Origin: Lingula anatina
Taxonomy: Eukaryota; Animalia; Brachiopoda
Reading direction: 5' to 3'
NCBI GenBank assembly: GCA_051362555.1
Contig: CM120648.1
Location: 1,403,721-1,467,720 of the forward strand
DNA length: 64,000 nucleotides
Within the stretch, counting starts at the first letter, position 1, and the number at the start of each line of letters is the position of its first letter. The notes beneath the pieces were generated by a model. It saw only the letters and a program-made list of their open reading frames with translations. It was not told the DNA's origin and did not search any database. Shown piece by piece: positions 25,901 to 39,796 of the stretch. A program made the position numbers and the translations under genes.

Positions 25901-28900
25901 GGGTATATTTGAAATCTACACATATGACTTTTGGAAAGCCGTCTATAGAAATTTTTCCCGTAACTCCTTCTGTAGGGTAGATAATTAGCATTTAATTTTG
26001 CCATTTTTAGACAAGGGTGCATTGCAATGAGTGCCACACCCAGACCCCAATACCGACAAAGCCCAAATTTTACGTGGAACGAGTTGAGATTATAGGTGAC
26101 CTAAATCCATGAGATGGGTACGGGGGCCCTTACCGTCTAGGAGGAGAAGCGGTAACGGTAACATGGCGGCGGAGCCGGCGGAACGGAACGGATGGGACCG
26201 AAACCATGTGTACCGCCAGCGCTAACGCTGGTGGTAAATTTTTTTGTTCAAATTTCAAAATAGTATCTCGAAATTTCGAGATAATTTTTTTTTCTACATA
26301 TGGCACCAGTGGGCTTCCGTACATTTTCCTTTCACCACCAATATGTACTTTTTGATACAGCGTAACTCAAAAACCGTATGGAATACAAAAAAACCGAGAC
26401 CACCTCCAGTGTTGGGCTTTACATGCTCTACAAAATGCAAAAAAGAATGGGTCTCTAGCATTAACGGTTCCCGAATTAGAGACAGTTTTCAGTTTCGGTA
26501 TCTTATGGCCGCTACTCCTGTGAAAATGCACCGATTGACCCCAAATTCACGGAGATGAAAGATGACCTGAAGGGTAACACTTTCCAATAATATTATTGGT
26601 TAAGTCTGTGTGGTGTCTGAATAACAGGGCAAAAAATTTTTTTTTCGTAAAAAATTTCATTTTTTTGAAAATTTTGGCCCATTTGACCTTGAAGTAAAGG
26701 TCAAAGGTCAAATCCGAGGGTATATTTGAAATCTACACATATGACTTTTGGAAAGCCGTCTGTAGAAAATTTTCCCGTAACTCCTTCCGTAGGGTAGATA
26801 ATTAGCATTTAATTTTGCCATTTTTGGACAAGGGTGCATTGCAATGAGTGCCACACCCAGACCCCAATACCGACAAAGCCCAAATTTTACGTGGAACGAG
26901 TTGAGATTATAGGTGACCTAAATCCATGAGATGGGTATGGGGGGCCTTACCGTCTAGGAGGAGAAGCGGTAACGGTAGCCGTCCGGCGGAGCCGGCGGAG
27001 CCGGCGGAGCCGGCGGAGCCGGCGGAGCCGGCGGAACGATCCGGACGAGACCGAAACCATGTGTACCGCCAGCGCTAACGCTGGTGGTACAATAATAGTA
27101 ATAATAGTTATTATAATAATATCTGGCAACTCGACAGTGCTTGGTTTGGCGATAACATTGGACAAATTGTTTAAAGCATTAGTCGATTTCCTTGGCATGC
27201 CTCTATCAAGTTATTATATTTGTTGATGTTATCTGAATGACCCAATCTTTCTAATAAGCATTTTTTAAAATTTCTTATCTAGTTATCTAGGACTTTATGA
27301 CACCTGAAGCACCTTTGGTAGCTCGTCTTTATAGGTAATTCCTATAGCCAACTTTCCCACCCCTTTGATGCTTTTAAAATTTTATTTCCAAAATATAATT
27401 AACCTTTTTTTTAAAGAATTAATGCAATCTTATGACACACAACAGTGAAAGTTGTGCACGACTCATAACTGCCCTTAAAACTCAGTGGTCTACCACCCAC
27501 AAATGGCTGCCATATTAATTTAGAGAATATCATGAATTGTAAAGTGGGATTATTTCAACTTCAGTGTGTTCTTGTTCACAATCAGAATGGAATAAAACCT
27601 ATTCCAGACACCATAATGATGTAATATTATAAAAATAACATAAATTATCAATAAAACAAAATGAAAATCTAATAAAATATTTATGAAAATTTATACTAAA
27701 AATTAATCTAAAATGTGAAAAAAAAATTAACATAAAAAAAATAAATAAATGAGGAAAAAAAATCTCAAACATAGGATCCCCCTCCCTACGATCATTCATG
27801 TGACAAAGCACGAACATTTCTGCACCTTCGCTGTTCCTGCTTTTTTCCGGGCAGACGGCCCTCGTTTGGGTGAGGGAGAAGCCTTTGTTGGTGACTTTTG
27901 GGACGGAGAAGGAGATTCTTCAACTTGTGTTTTTATTGTCGCATAACGATGATCACCCAAATTCGGCGATACAGGCTCTTCAGGTGCCTGGAACAGGGAA
28001 AGGGTACAGCCTTCAGACCCTAACATTTTTTTCTCCTCTTAAATATAGAGGATTCTAGCACAGGCCCTCCCTCCAGCTGTTTTTAGTTTGGTTCAAATTT
28101 TGGATTTTTGAACTACACCACAAAGTCTCTCAAATAAAACCTTTTAGAATGTCTGGAAAATTTGCAATAGTTTGGTTTTGTAATGTTTTTTTTTTCATGC
28201 CCTACTTTAATCAAAGTAATGCTAAAAAATGCACAATGCATTATGATATTGTTGATACTATTGCATACAGATAGGATTTCTATAGAATACAGCACCATCT
28301 GGTGGCTGTGACCCTAACTATTGAGAACTTTTGTATACAAAACACTAGAGCCCTCTATATGCCATAAACCTGACTAAAACATAAAGATACTATACAATAA
28401 GCTTAAAAGGTATACAACTACAGCCATATAATTTATATTTTGGCATGCCTAAGAAAGCAAATACAATAATACAAGACAAAATGGCAATGGGTAGATGATT
28501 TTTTTTACCCAACACTATATTTTTTCTTTCTGTAAATGATTAAATAAAAAGTAATTTCTGAAAATCTTTTCAATTTTTGAGAATTTGTTCAAACCTTTAA
28601 AATTTTTACCAATATACAAGTACAAAATTCACAACATGCTGAGAATGTAATCCAGCCCAAGCTCAGCAGCAAAATGTAGGTATAAATTGTGAGGATTAGT
28701 TTACAAGACAACTTTTTGTTATTTTTGGGATCACACATAACCATGTTATTAGAAAAATCATGTTAAGAAACATCAAACTGTGCACTGTCTTATTTTTCCT
28801 ATTTTTATTTATTAGTCCAAGTCCAACACAAATCCCGGTTCAAACCCCTTCTAGAGACCATGAATAAATAAATAAATATTAAAAAACAAAACAATTGTGC

Positions 28901-31417
28901 ATCAACAAAAACTACAGAAAGCAAAGCAAATGTAATATATCTCCACAGAGACACTCAAACTGAAGTTGTCACATTAAAGATAATCTTTCAGTTGTCTTTT
29001 TTTGGTGGTTCTAAGTCAATCTTGGGGGGGGGGGGGAGGTGTGGCTCAGCAATCGGAGAAAAAAGTCACTGACAGTGGCATCAATAAAGTTTTAAATTAT
29101 GATTTTTTTTACTGTATATTAATATCAATGTATTTCACTCTGAATTATTTTAAATAAAAAGAAAAAAAGGGTGATTTTTCTTAGGATATACTTTGGAAAC
29201 AATTTGTGGAATTCTTCCACTTTCCTCTCTTTCTCGGTAAGCTCTTTAATTGCTAAAAACAAATGTTTGACATTCTTTGTCATGAAATTTTACATTTTAA
29301 CAGATAAAATAAGATGCAAGAGCTTTTTGATTTTCTTTGGGAAATAAAAATGTTTTGTGGAGAAAAAAATAATAATCTGGAATAGGTGTTTCAATTCCAA
29401 AACTTACAAGGTCTTTCATCAAAAGTTAAAAGTCCAAATTCTTAACTGTCAAGTTTTATCATAACATATTAAGCCACACTGGTAATGAAGTTACTAAAAA
29501 TCTGATTTAATTTCATAAAAGTTGGGTCTAATATAATTCTGCGTTAGGAAGACTTTCAAGATGTCCAGATCAGAAATAGTCCACAGTATAACTTCAGGGA
29601 CTCCTTTCACAAAAGAACTTTAGCCCAAAATACATCTTAACTTTAAGACAAACTTTTCACTTGGCCTAATTCAGTCAGAGATAAAATCAAAGTTATCCAT
29701 TTAAATTAAATTAAGTATTGGCCTTGTCTTTCCATGATCCCAACATTTCATTTCACTGCCGATTCTTCTTGGGTTAAAGTAGACTAAAATTTAAGTCTGA
29801 AAGTTAAGATTAATTTTTGGGCTAAAGTTCTTCTGGGAAATGGGGCACTTGCAAAAGATTTGAGTGTCTCTGTGGATGGCTAGTAGATATATTCACAGCA
29901 CAGCGTAATCACAACAATAACCTTTCTCTTGGCTCCGACATTCACTGCCATCACGGGAGTGGATTTTTGCTGTGGAGGGCGAACAACAGGGGGCGCTGGT
30001 TTTGGGGGTGAGGCAGAAGGGCCGGTTTGCTGCTGAAGGTTGACAACAATGGGAGCAGGGGGCTGTTTTGGTGGAGTAGAACGTGGTGGGGAAGACACAA
30101 CTATAGGGGGCGCTGTTGGTAGTTTGGTTGGCGTGATTTGAACTGGGGATTTTTTGGGCGAGACGGGTGGTGAGGAAGATGGCGGTTTTGAGATCACAAT
30201 AGTCTGAGTGATTGGAGGGCGAAGTGGAGGAGTCATGTGACTGGCTGCTGAGGGGAAGGCCGATGTTAACTGGGCCACCGTCACTGGCTTTTGTGCTGGG
30301 GGTGGGGTAGTCTGGACAACCGCTTTGGGAGGGGAGATTAAGGGGGGTGTGGCCAAAACCCCGGGGGGAGCAGCCATGGCCATTATCTTTGGCTGTAGTA
30401 GAGTGGGGGCGGGAGGAGCTCCAACCTAAAAATAACATAAAAGAAAAATGAAAATAAAAACAAGAAAGAAAATCAGATGTATGTATACCTTACCTCTCAA
30501 AACCTTTAAAAAAATATCCAAAATGATGTTCATCATAAAATCTTTTCCTGCTTGTTTCTATTTGAAATCTATAGTTTGATACATTCTGAAAAATCTACCA
30601 AACTAATAAGGGTATATAGAACGCTCATAATAAATCCTATAGAGGCAAACCTTGCATGCTCTAGGCAGACACATGCAAGTTCAAATCATCAGAAACCTAC
30701 AGTATTTCTCAATGGAAGGGACAGAATATTTGACTGACTTTGTCCTATATTAGTTGATTTTTTTATTTATTCAGTTTATTGCTTATGTTGATTAAACCAA
30801 TATCCTAACTAATAATCCATCTTTACATTCCATGAAAAAGCAAAGAGTATTATATGTAACTTGTCACTCTGCCAATCTACAGTAGCAAAACAATAAGTGA
30901 AACAATTACCTCTTTGGATAGATAACTATCAAATTCATTTTTTTTTTAAATTAAACATAAACACTTAATAAATATAATATATTTGCTGTTTGCCCAATGT
31001 CTTAGCTGAAAACATGGGAGTACTCCATTCAATTTCCATAAATCTGTATAGAATTAGCAGCCACAGCTTCTAGTTGTTAACCACAAGTTGCCTGCTTACC
31101 ACAAATAATCACCATCTGACCTCAGGAGAAAAAATTACTACTAACACTGATGTGTAGAGAGTCTATCTGGCATACTCTGTCATGACACCATCAACACAAC
31201 CAGGAAACTCTGGATGAGATGGTATTTTTGAAGACTGATGTCTATTTGCTGATACACCTTAAGAGAGGCCCAACTTTTTTCTCTTCCCATTAAAAATAGA
31301 AACTTGGAAAATAATATTTTTATGAACACCACCTCCAATATAAATGGTACACCTGTCTTTCAAATTGCACCTTTTCATTTCTCTCCCTCCTTCCCACCCC
31401 AAAACCACCACAAAAAA

Positions 31418-31449
<32 letters not shown>

Positions 31450-32980
31450 CACTTAATTAGTAAATGAGTAAAAAAAAAAGAAATAAAATTCCAAGCTATT
31501 CTATTACTCACCCCTTGTAACCAACCCTTTTCAAATACCCCCCCCCTTTCACTCCACCCCACCCCACCTCACCCCCACATATTAATTTTCAACCCACACC
31601 TTGGCAGTCCCTATCATGGTGTTGTCTCGTGGCATCTTGGGTTTGTCATCAGTTGCAGAGGCGGAAGCACTGCCTCCACTATTGTTCAAACCCTGCATGT
31701 TCAGCAACGACTCTTTACCCTGGGACTGGAGAAAGCTGATCCCTTCCTATAACAAAAAAGTATTATTCCAGATAAAAATTTCATTTGAAAAAAATCAAGG
31801 ATCCAGTTTTTAATAAAAGAATATAGGATCATGTTGAGTGCAGCAGCATATACAGTGTTTGTGTCTTGCCAGAGTATGCATGTTGGCAAAATAAGTAAGT
31901 CTCAGATGTGTATTCTACCTATTTTAACATGGTACCTGTCCATGTGATATGTAGACCAAATATATTTGAACTAGTCAGTCTGGGCCAAGAAAACCTGCAA
32001 GTGTCTTTGCTTCAGTAAATACTTGAACAAACAAAGGTCAGTAGAAGCAAGAGATCGAATGTCTTTCAGGAGGGACAAACATCACAATTATTGACCAGTT
32101 GAACTCTTTCTATTGTTGTAGACTTGGCTGTCCTGTACGCCACTAAGATGAATTCATTTTCATAAAATTCAACATATTATTGGATGATAATAAATGAAAG
32201 AAGTTTATAGCAATTGGCAGATGTATGAAAAACGACTCATTTTTGTTGTAAAATAGATTCTGATTCTCAGTAACAAGATTTTTTAAAAATATTGCATGCA
32301 AATTATACAGCAATGTTGTAAGGAGAGATACAAGGATTATAATGACACTCAATATTGAAGATAATTAAGGCATATACAGGTTGGCTTTATAAATGCCAGG
32401 TAGGGCTCGAAGAGTAATAAATGCGAAGAAATCCTGATATGGTTTGGAAAGGGTTAATATGACTGAAAATTTAACAAATAAAACTTTTTTATACAAAAGG
32501 AAATAAAAATACATAATCTATAGAGTAAAAAGCCGTGGTTATCAAGCACCATTACAAAAAATATCTGAAATGATCTCAGTGAATGGTAAAAAGATCGATA
32601 GTTAACTTATCCACTTAGTAATACGGCAACTTGACCTTCTTGAAGTCGCCATCTTGAATCAAATCAACAATTTTCAATCATTTATTATCGATCCACATTT
32701 CATAGCTAAGGCCTAAAACCTCACGCTTATGATACTTTATTCAGTCAAGAACCACCAGGACTAAAATTTGACTCTTAAATATCGATATTTTTTGAAAAAA
32801 TAAAATTTCCGCACAGGCAGGGGTTGGCGAAAACACGTTCAACTTTGTACTACCGGCTTTGGACAAAGATGCGCATTTTTAGAGTCATGTATCTTTTGAG
32901 AAAAAACATGGATTTTAACCAACCTTTGCAGTTTGCTGCATGGTATTGTCTCTTGTTAGTTGGGGTGCACCGTCTGCCAT
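20721..32980 (-). CDS. Unrecognised basic, low-complexity AT-hook protein with four internal RxxTMxxTAKEG-type repeats (core isoform ~242 aa)
   Basis: Exons: 32980-32924 (Kozak caccATGG; MADGAPQLTRDNTMQQTAK), 31746-31600, 23267-23118, 22882-22762, 21811-21678, 20840-20721 (TAG). They join in frame. There is a C-terminal AT-hook (TPGKGRGRPKK) followed by an acidic tail (HMGA-like end), and an NLS-like PPAKKPR. Confidence 0.8.
21176..21385 (+). mobile_element. MITE family A (~215 bp, subterminal TAGATCGATCTA palindromes), Harbinger/Tourist-like
   Basis: Near-identical to 62581-62796 and 63152-63366. Family members have TTA/TAA flanks. Confidence 0.85.
22161..22568. mobile_element. MITE family B, interrupted by a family A MITE (22186-22405, TAA TSD)
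   Basis: gagcgcattcagaacagc...gttgttttgaatgcactc. The nested insert is flanked by TAA at 22183-22185 and 22406-22408. Confidence 0.8.
24499..27090 (-). mobile_element. Helentron/HINE-like element (family H2) with 146-bp internal repeats, a nested MITE and an ~817-bp duplication
   Basis: 5' hairpin GTACCACCAGCG..CGCTGGCGGTAC, (GGCTCCGCC)n microsatellite, 3' subTIR GCTGGTGGTAC + hairpin GAGGCG-GTAT-CGCCTC + CTAG. It sits inside an (AAT)n tract and is homologous to 60405-62308. Confidence 0.85.
25215..25502. mobile_element. Tc1/mariner-like MITE (TA TSD) with internal palindromic TATCTCGAAATTTCGAGATA repeats
   Basis: ta|cggaagccgactggtgccatatg ... catatggcaccagtcggcttccg|ta, with five ~49-bp units. 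Confidence 0.8.
27796..30425 (-). CDS. Alternative exons of the AT-hook gene: Pro-rich exon (30425-29922) and SP-rich/basic exon (27987-27796) ending KCSCFVT*
   Basis: Both exons have polypyrimidine-AG acceptors in phase 0. The first is a 504-nt open GC-rich frame ending AAG|gttatt. The second either reads to TGA at 27796 or could splice at AAG|gtgcag (27826). Confidence 0.65.
29596..29848. mobile_element. Degenerate MITE with ~60-bp imperfect TIRs
   Basis: aagaactttagcccaaaa..tcttaactttaagac versus gtctgaaagttaaga..tttgggctaaagttctt. Confidence 0.55.
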
Positions 32981-34802
32981 GGTGAACCTTTTTTACCGCC
33001 TTAATCTGTGAATGTAATGACCCCTCAAAATGCAACTCCGACACGAGGTCCCCTGATCTGGGAGTACGCGAAGCTTGATCATGTGAGCAAATGCTGCAGC
33101 CCGATTGGACATTTTGGTCTTGAAAACGAGGCCATCTCAGAGTTCGGCAAAATGACGTCATACGGCGCGTCAATGAACACGTTGCGATTTGTTTTGGTTT
33201 GTTTTTGATCTGTGTTTTGCATAAAACAACGATTGAAATATTTTCTTGATAAAAAATCGGTCGTTTCACTGTTTGGCACACATCAAACTTTTGTTTGTTT
33301 CGTGTGTCAATGTAATTACAATCAATTTACATTCAAAATAAATGATTTTTATTTTTCATAACATTAATTATTTCTTTAATAAATAATTATAGTGTTTTTA
33401 AAAACTATACATTTTTAATATTATTTTAATATGTTGCTTCATACTCGAGTTTGTTTATTTTACTGCATCCTAAATTCTGATTATTCATGACAACTGTAAA
33501 ATAAACTAACTGTGATTTTTTTGCTTTACATTTCATGTCAGAAGATCATAAGATCATAAATTTATTCAGCCATTAATATATAAATATAAAAATTCATATA
33601 GAAATTGGACTGCTATTCGGGTTATAAATTATAAAATTCCATTTTTGTTGTTAAAGGTTCGAAGGTTCAAACAATAAATTTATTCTGAAGCATGCCATTT
33701 GATGTATAAAAGGTAAAGGAAGAAAGGGCAGGACCACTCCACTTAATCACATTTAGAGAAATGTATTCCAATAGACTGACTTGTCACTTTCTTGTGCCTC
33801 CTTCATTGAAACACAGACATTTTTAGACATGGTTAGTAGGAACAAAGTATTTTACCAAATACAAAACCACAAAAAATTGCTTTTTTATAATTTTTTTTTG
33901 CTTTGATATCAACTTAAAAAAAGATGGGAACCTAACAGTGTGTATTTCTATCTTTTTTTTTTACTAAATAGAATTAAAAATTAAAACTTCACTAAAATAT
34001 CAAGACGCAAAACATCACTGGACAAATGCACATTCCCAAATTATCCTTTGTTGAGGGGTTATTTTCTTTGAATCCAAACAAACTTTCACAGTTCCATTTC
34101 TCAATACATTTTATAATTTCAAAAGGTTTGTGAAAAGTAACATTGTACTCTTTAATACTTTTCTAGCATTAATTAATAAATTATTGATGAAGAAAGTATA
34201 TTTATGACAATTTCCCCATTTTAAAGTTTGTACTTGTAACTGTTTTTCATCCAGCAATCTGAGATTGATATGCTGTTTAAATCATCATCAGAAACCTAGC
34301 AATCTCTTACAATACTCTTTTTATAGGGCTAATAAATATTATTGGGCCATCATCAGACCTTCATTGTTTGTCATTTAATGAAACAAAAGTGTCTCTTGAA
34401 AATTCAAATAGTAACAATGTCTTATATAACAATTTTCACAATTCTTGTGTTACTTTCAATTTAATGCTTCACCTGTATCTTTAACCTTTCCTTCAAGACA
34501 AATAAATGCAATGCATTTTTTTACAATTAAATAACTATTGTTTCAATAACATTTATTTATTTATTTTTATGTAGAATTTAGCCATTAGATTATTCTTATT
34601 TCAGTACATTTATACCAGCCATTTTGCTAGTACCAGCTGGCGCCTAAGCTGCAAAAAATAAACATTATTTTTGTTTACTTATCTATCTATCTATCTAACT
34701 ATCTAACTCTCTTGTACACTGTCCCACCCTACCTGTATCAAGAAATCTTTAGGCAAAATAAATTTTTGGTGTACCTTTTTTTATTCCTTTGGAATATGTA
34801 GT

Positions 34803-34844
<42 letters not shown>

Positions 34845-36340
34845 ATATTGTCATAAACAACAAACATTGTTTTTCCATTATTTATTTAACCCTCTTTGTG
34901 GAATGTGACTGTCATGCAAGCAAAATAATGGGAACAGCTTCACTAATGTTGAAAAGAAAATACAAATAAATCAATAAATTAATAATATTTGTAAAGGCAA
35001 TCTATTAAAAGAATTCTCCTAGGGATATACTGTCTAAAATATATTTCAATTTCATTGTGGTAAAGGGAAATTTTTTCCTACTCAAGAATCTTTGCTTGAC
35101 TTGTCCCTGCATCTGGATAAGATGTCTAATTACATTTTTAATTTCATAAGTTAGTTTACAATGACACACTGGCTGGTCAAATAGAACAACATAACCTTCT
35201 GGACCTTCACCTACATGGCTTTGTTTTACACATGGCAATGACATGGTGTTTTGAATGGGGGCCCTGTACCATGTATAATATATACATTGTGATCTGCCAT
35301 GAAAACTGAGAAGATAGTAACCACACTAGGTATGCTTCAGACAAACTTTTACTTAACATGATTTAATGAGTTTTATTGTTTTTAAGATCTGAATTGTGGA
35401 AATAACCTTTAAATTCTGTATAATTGAAAGATATAAACTTGACTACCAGTATTGGGGATTTTCAAACGTGTGGTGAGTTCCTTAAACTAAATACCCGCAA
35501 ATAATCAAGTAAGAAAATGAATTACACCAATTAACATAAATTGCTCAATATTGAGTAAAAAATTCACCATCAAAGCCAGTTCTGAAGCTAGTTTGCTATA
35601 ACAGCAATTTTATTTTGGACCAACCAGATGCTACAGATTTTTTTTCTTGAGGCAAAAAAAAAAAAAAAAAAAAATCTGTTTTCAAAGACAACCAATCAGA
35701 TGTTGATCTGCACATTTTTTTTTAAATTGGTTAAAACAAAAATATGTAGGCTAGACCCCCAGTATGGAAGAGAAATACATGTAGACCACAGTTAGCTGTA
35801 AATCCCAGCAATTCACAACTTTTCATTTGATCTGTAATGGAACACAGTGTTCACAATTTGTTCAACAATGTCAAATCTGATATCATTAAGTCATTTGTGC
35901 CACTGTCACTGTTAACTTCTGTATAAAAAGCCCCATTCAACTTACTGAATTGTCTAAGATGATCACACCCTTACGCAACAGTCTATCTTTCCTGTGCCCA
36001 TGACAACACAAGTACGATAAAGACTTAGCAGCATTAGTTAAAACACAGTCTTCAACTGATGATATTCTGCAAGAGACAATGCAATCAACAGGCTCATCAG
36101 TGTGGGAATGCATTTCTAGTTGCAATTTTTCTTTCACCATCTGTGCGCCAATGTGTATACAACACTTGTCAAAAGATGGGTTGGTAAAAAACACTGAAAC
36201 ATTGCTTGATGAGCATACCGTATCCCATAATGCAACATGGTACATATACATTAAAAATTTCCCTGCAGTGTGAAAATTTCGCACTGCATTTCTGTTGTTT
36301 TGAGGTCAATTTGATACGCTTGTCCAATAAAACACTATTG

Positions 36341-37016
36341 TTATCTTTTAGCGCCAAGCTGTGATTTCATGCCCGTTATTTGCGTAACAACGTCCTTATG
36401 CATTGGTCCACACTTGGAGAGGACAAAGTTGAGCTCCTCCTCATTTCTCTGTTGAAATGCTATCTCAGCTGCTTCCTTCAACTGACTAAAAAATAAGGCA
36501 ACAAGACATCATTAATTAAACTAACCTTAAATGGTTGTACTAAAACATCATGAAACTAAGTTTTTTGGGTTCAAGTCAACAATATATTTGGAAACTGTAA
36601 AAAAAAAGAAACTTAAAAACATTTGGATGAAAAGCTATATCCACCCCCACCCCCCTCCCCCCCCCAAAAAAAAAAAAAAATCTTAACCTAAATATAGGGT
36701 GAATTCAATAGTATATAGGTTTTTGTATCTTTAAGGATTCAACATTCATTGCTTCTGCTGTCAGAAAATAAATAATGCTGAGCTTTGAAATTAAAACAAA
36801 TTAACCTCTGTCTTTGACTAAAAATTTTGATAATAACAACAATGATACTAGGGTACACAATAATTTTTTTCAATTGTAAACTTGTCTATTAAACTTTTTT
36901 CAAGAAACTGTTATTTGGATTAATTATGTACTTTTGTTTTACTCCACAAACTTCAGAATTTCACTCTGGGAATGAATCTAATGAAAAGATGTTTTCAGTT
37001 TTCAATGTTCTGCTCT

Positions 37017-37053
<37 letters not shown>

Positions 37054-38128
37054 AAAGTTGAGAGAGAGAGAGAAAGAGAGAATAAAAGGGGTGAGAGAGA
37101 GCGAGAACCTGAGAAAAAGAATCTCCTTTGGCACAAAAACAGAAACTTTGATAACATAAGAAGAAAACATGATAAAAAGATTTATTATATAAAAATGAAG
37201 TGGAAAATATTGGAGATTACATGATAATTTTAACCTACCCCACTCGAACATGACACTTGACTTTGTTCTCTGGCGCCACTCTGGTGAGATATTTGGTGGC
37301 CTCGAAACGATTGTGATTTTCCATACACACCTCTATGAATGGCTGCAATTAATTTCACAATTTCACTAAAACTATCTCTATAACTCTTACATATATATCA
37401 GGATAGCAGCAACTGCTTTTTGTAATTAAAAACAAAACTTTTTTCCTTAACAAATGTGAAAATTTTAAGGAAGCAAATCTTTCTTTTTAAAATATTTTAC
37501 TTTACCCGAAATATATCCCTACCTGTTCATTAATTTAAAGGGATAACAACTGTTCTTTTTGGAAAAAAAAAGAATGGATGTCGTGGGTTAAACAACAATT
37601 TCCCCATACTTACCAATGATTAAAGAATTCCACCCTGAACTTCAGAGATAACTTGAAACTTAGTGTAGAGGTACATGTAAGTTTTAACTTATCTCTGAAG
37701 CTCAGGGTGAGGAATCCACTCCTCAATGCAGATTTCAGAATAATTGTGATAAATACTGTTTTGGTGGTAAAATTTAATTAACAATATTTTCTATGTGTTG
37801 TATACAAAGTAATTATTGTGAAATATGAATCTCAAACGAAGAGTTGTTATCCCTTTAAAGTCAACTCTTTACAATTCAAAGGAAACTGTTACTGCATTCT
37901 GTCTGTATAAAAGTTAAAATAGTATGGCTGATATTCATGTAAAACTCATGTTAAATATCATTTTTCTATGTAAAAAATCATTCAATTTGTTTCTTCATAA
38001 CTTAAAACATTTTATTTTTACCTCATAACCAATAGGTGACTTCTTAGTTTTGCTAAACCTATCGAGTTCCATCCAATCCCCTGCCTCCGCCAGTGCCCGG
38101 ATCTTTAACCACCAGAATCTGAAGTTTA

Positions 38129-38171
<43 letters not shown>

Positions 38172-39764
38172 GTAATGATAATAATAATAATAAGCACTGG
38201 TGGTATAAATAAATAGAGGAGTTACATTTGTACATTTATATTACATGAATTTCTTGGGTGACAGGTGTTTACAGTTAACGTAATAAAAAATGACATTATC
38301 AGCTGTCATAACAATAACAGATATACTGTTAATTTCAGAAAATTAAGCACCTGCCACGAAGAAAAGTTAAGCATACATGGCCAGGTGTAAGTTGGAGCTT
38401 TTGTCTCCACTGAATACCTTGGGCTCTAGTACGTCTTTTCAAACTTTTGGGGTAGGAATCTGTATACAATTTTACAAAATAATAAAAAAAAAAACAAACT
38501 TTTAGCCTTTCAGTAACATAATATTAAGATGTTAATTCTTTGCCACTAATTCCGACCAAATGCCACCATTTAGTTTCAAAAAGCACAACTTTAAAAATGC
38601 CAAAAGGGTATCATCTTATATTTCCCCTGAAAACAGTAGTAAAAACAGATCAGATATTTTCTCCTTTTTTTTCTGTGTTATACATGTGCAGTTAAGTGTC
38701 ATACTTAAAAGAACTGGAGAGATAGATAAATGGGTAATATGAAGCAGGTGCAGTTTAAGAACTTTTTTTAGCTGATCAAGTGTTTAATTTGGTTTATCCT
38801 TTGACATGTTGACTTTACTCAATTCATATGAGACTAGCAGAAGTGGTATTTATGTGTCACAAGGAACCTACGCTTGCTTCACATGTAACTTTAAGGCGAA
38901 AATTTAGTAAACTCCAAAGGATAAATGTTCACCAGTCCACTTAAAAATGGTTACTATGGGTTCATTCCCATTGAAACTATCCGTCCAACTCCCTGGGGAC
39001 TCTCGCTGAATGCAATCAGCTTAACAGATTTAAACAACTCTTGTTTCAACTCATATAATCCCCAACTTTCTGTTATTCTACTCAATGCCAGGAGAAGGTG
39101 TGTTAATCTGTTACAGGGGCAGATCCAGAGACATTTTCTGACAGCCCTATAAATTATCTTTGTTGATCCATCCTCCATTTTTGACCGTCTTCCAACAGAA
39201 AAAATTAGATAACCGTCAATTTAAACTTGAAAATCTGACCGTCATCCGGAAGACCCTGAAGCAGCCTAAATCAGCCCCTGTGTTAAACTAATTGCATTCA
39301 GCGATAGCCCCCATGTACGAAGACCAAGAGTATCAATGGGAATTAGCCCTATAACTCTAAACCTGTTTTCATTTTTATCGAGGCACAGAGTTTCTTGGAC
39401 AATTCAGACATGATAAAAGGTTGTCTGATGAGTTTGCCATTTAGTGACAGAGTTCCAAATAAGTGGAAGGGTCCAGGAGGCCACTCAGGCCAATGACACT
39501 TTGGCTCCAACAAAGTCAGAAATCTGCCTACAGTTGAAAAAATCTCACCCTGTGTCTGGGGAAAGGTCAAACTATCGTGCCTCGTAAGAGAACAATGTCA
39601 AGTTTAATTTCTTAAGAAGCAACTTAATTTTTAAAAACAAACTTTTTACAGTTAGGCAACTTGGTGAAAAGATATAATTCACTGATACACAAATGACAAT
39701 GAAAATATAAGATAAACATATTTTAAAAATGTACACCGTTTCTCTTAATTGCATATAAACTGAG

Positions 39765-39796
<32 letters not shown>

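Noticed and set aside
25427-26558. Two near-identical 104-aa ORFs
   Set aside because: By-product of the tandem duplication inside a non-coding HINE, with no recognisable protein motif.
32600-32652. AAGATGGCG ATG on - as a start for the AT-hook gene
   Set aside because: It stops after 16 codons and has no phase-0 donor. The ATG at 32980 gives a Kozak context and the repeat motif. It is more likely a YY1-type intronic motif.
35937-36357. ORFs downstream of the VPS16 stop
   Set aside because: They lie in the presumed 3' UTR, with no splice structure or recognisable motifs.
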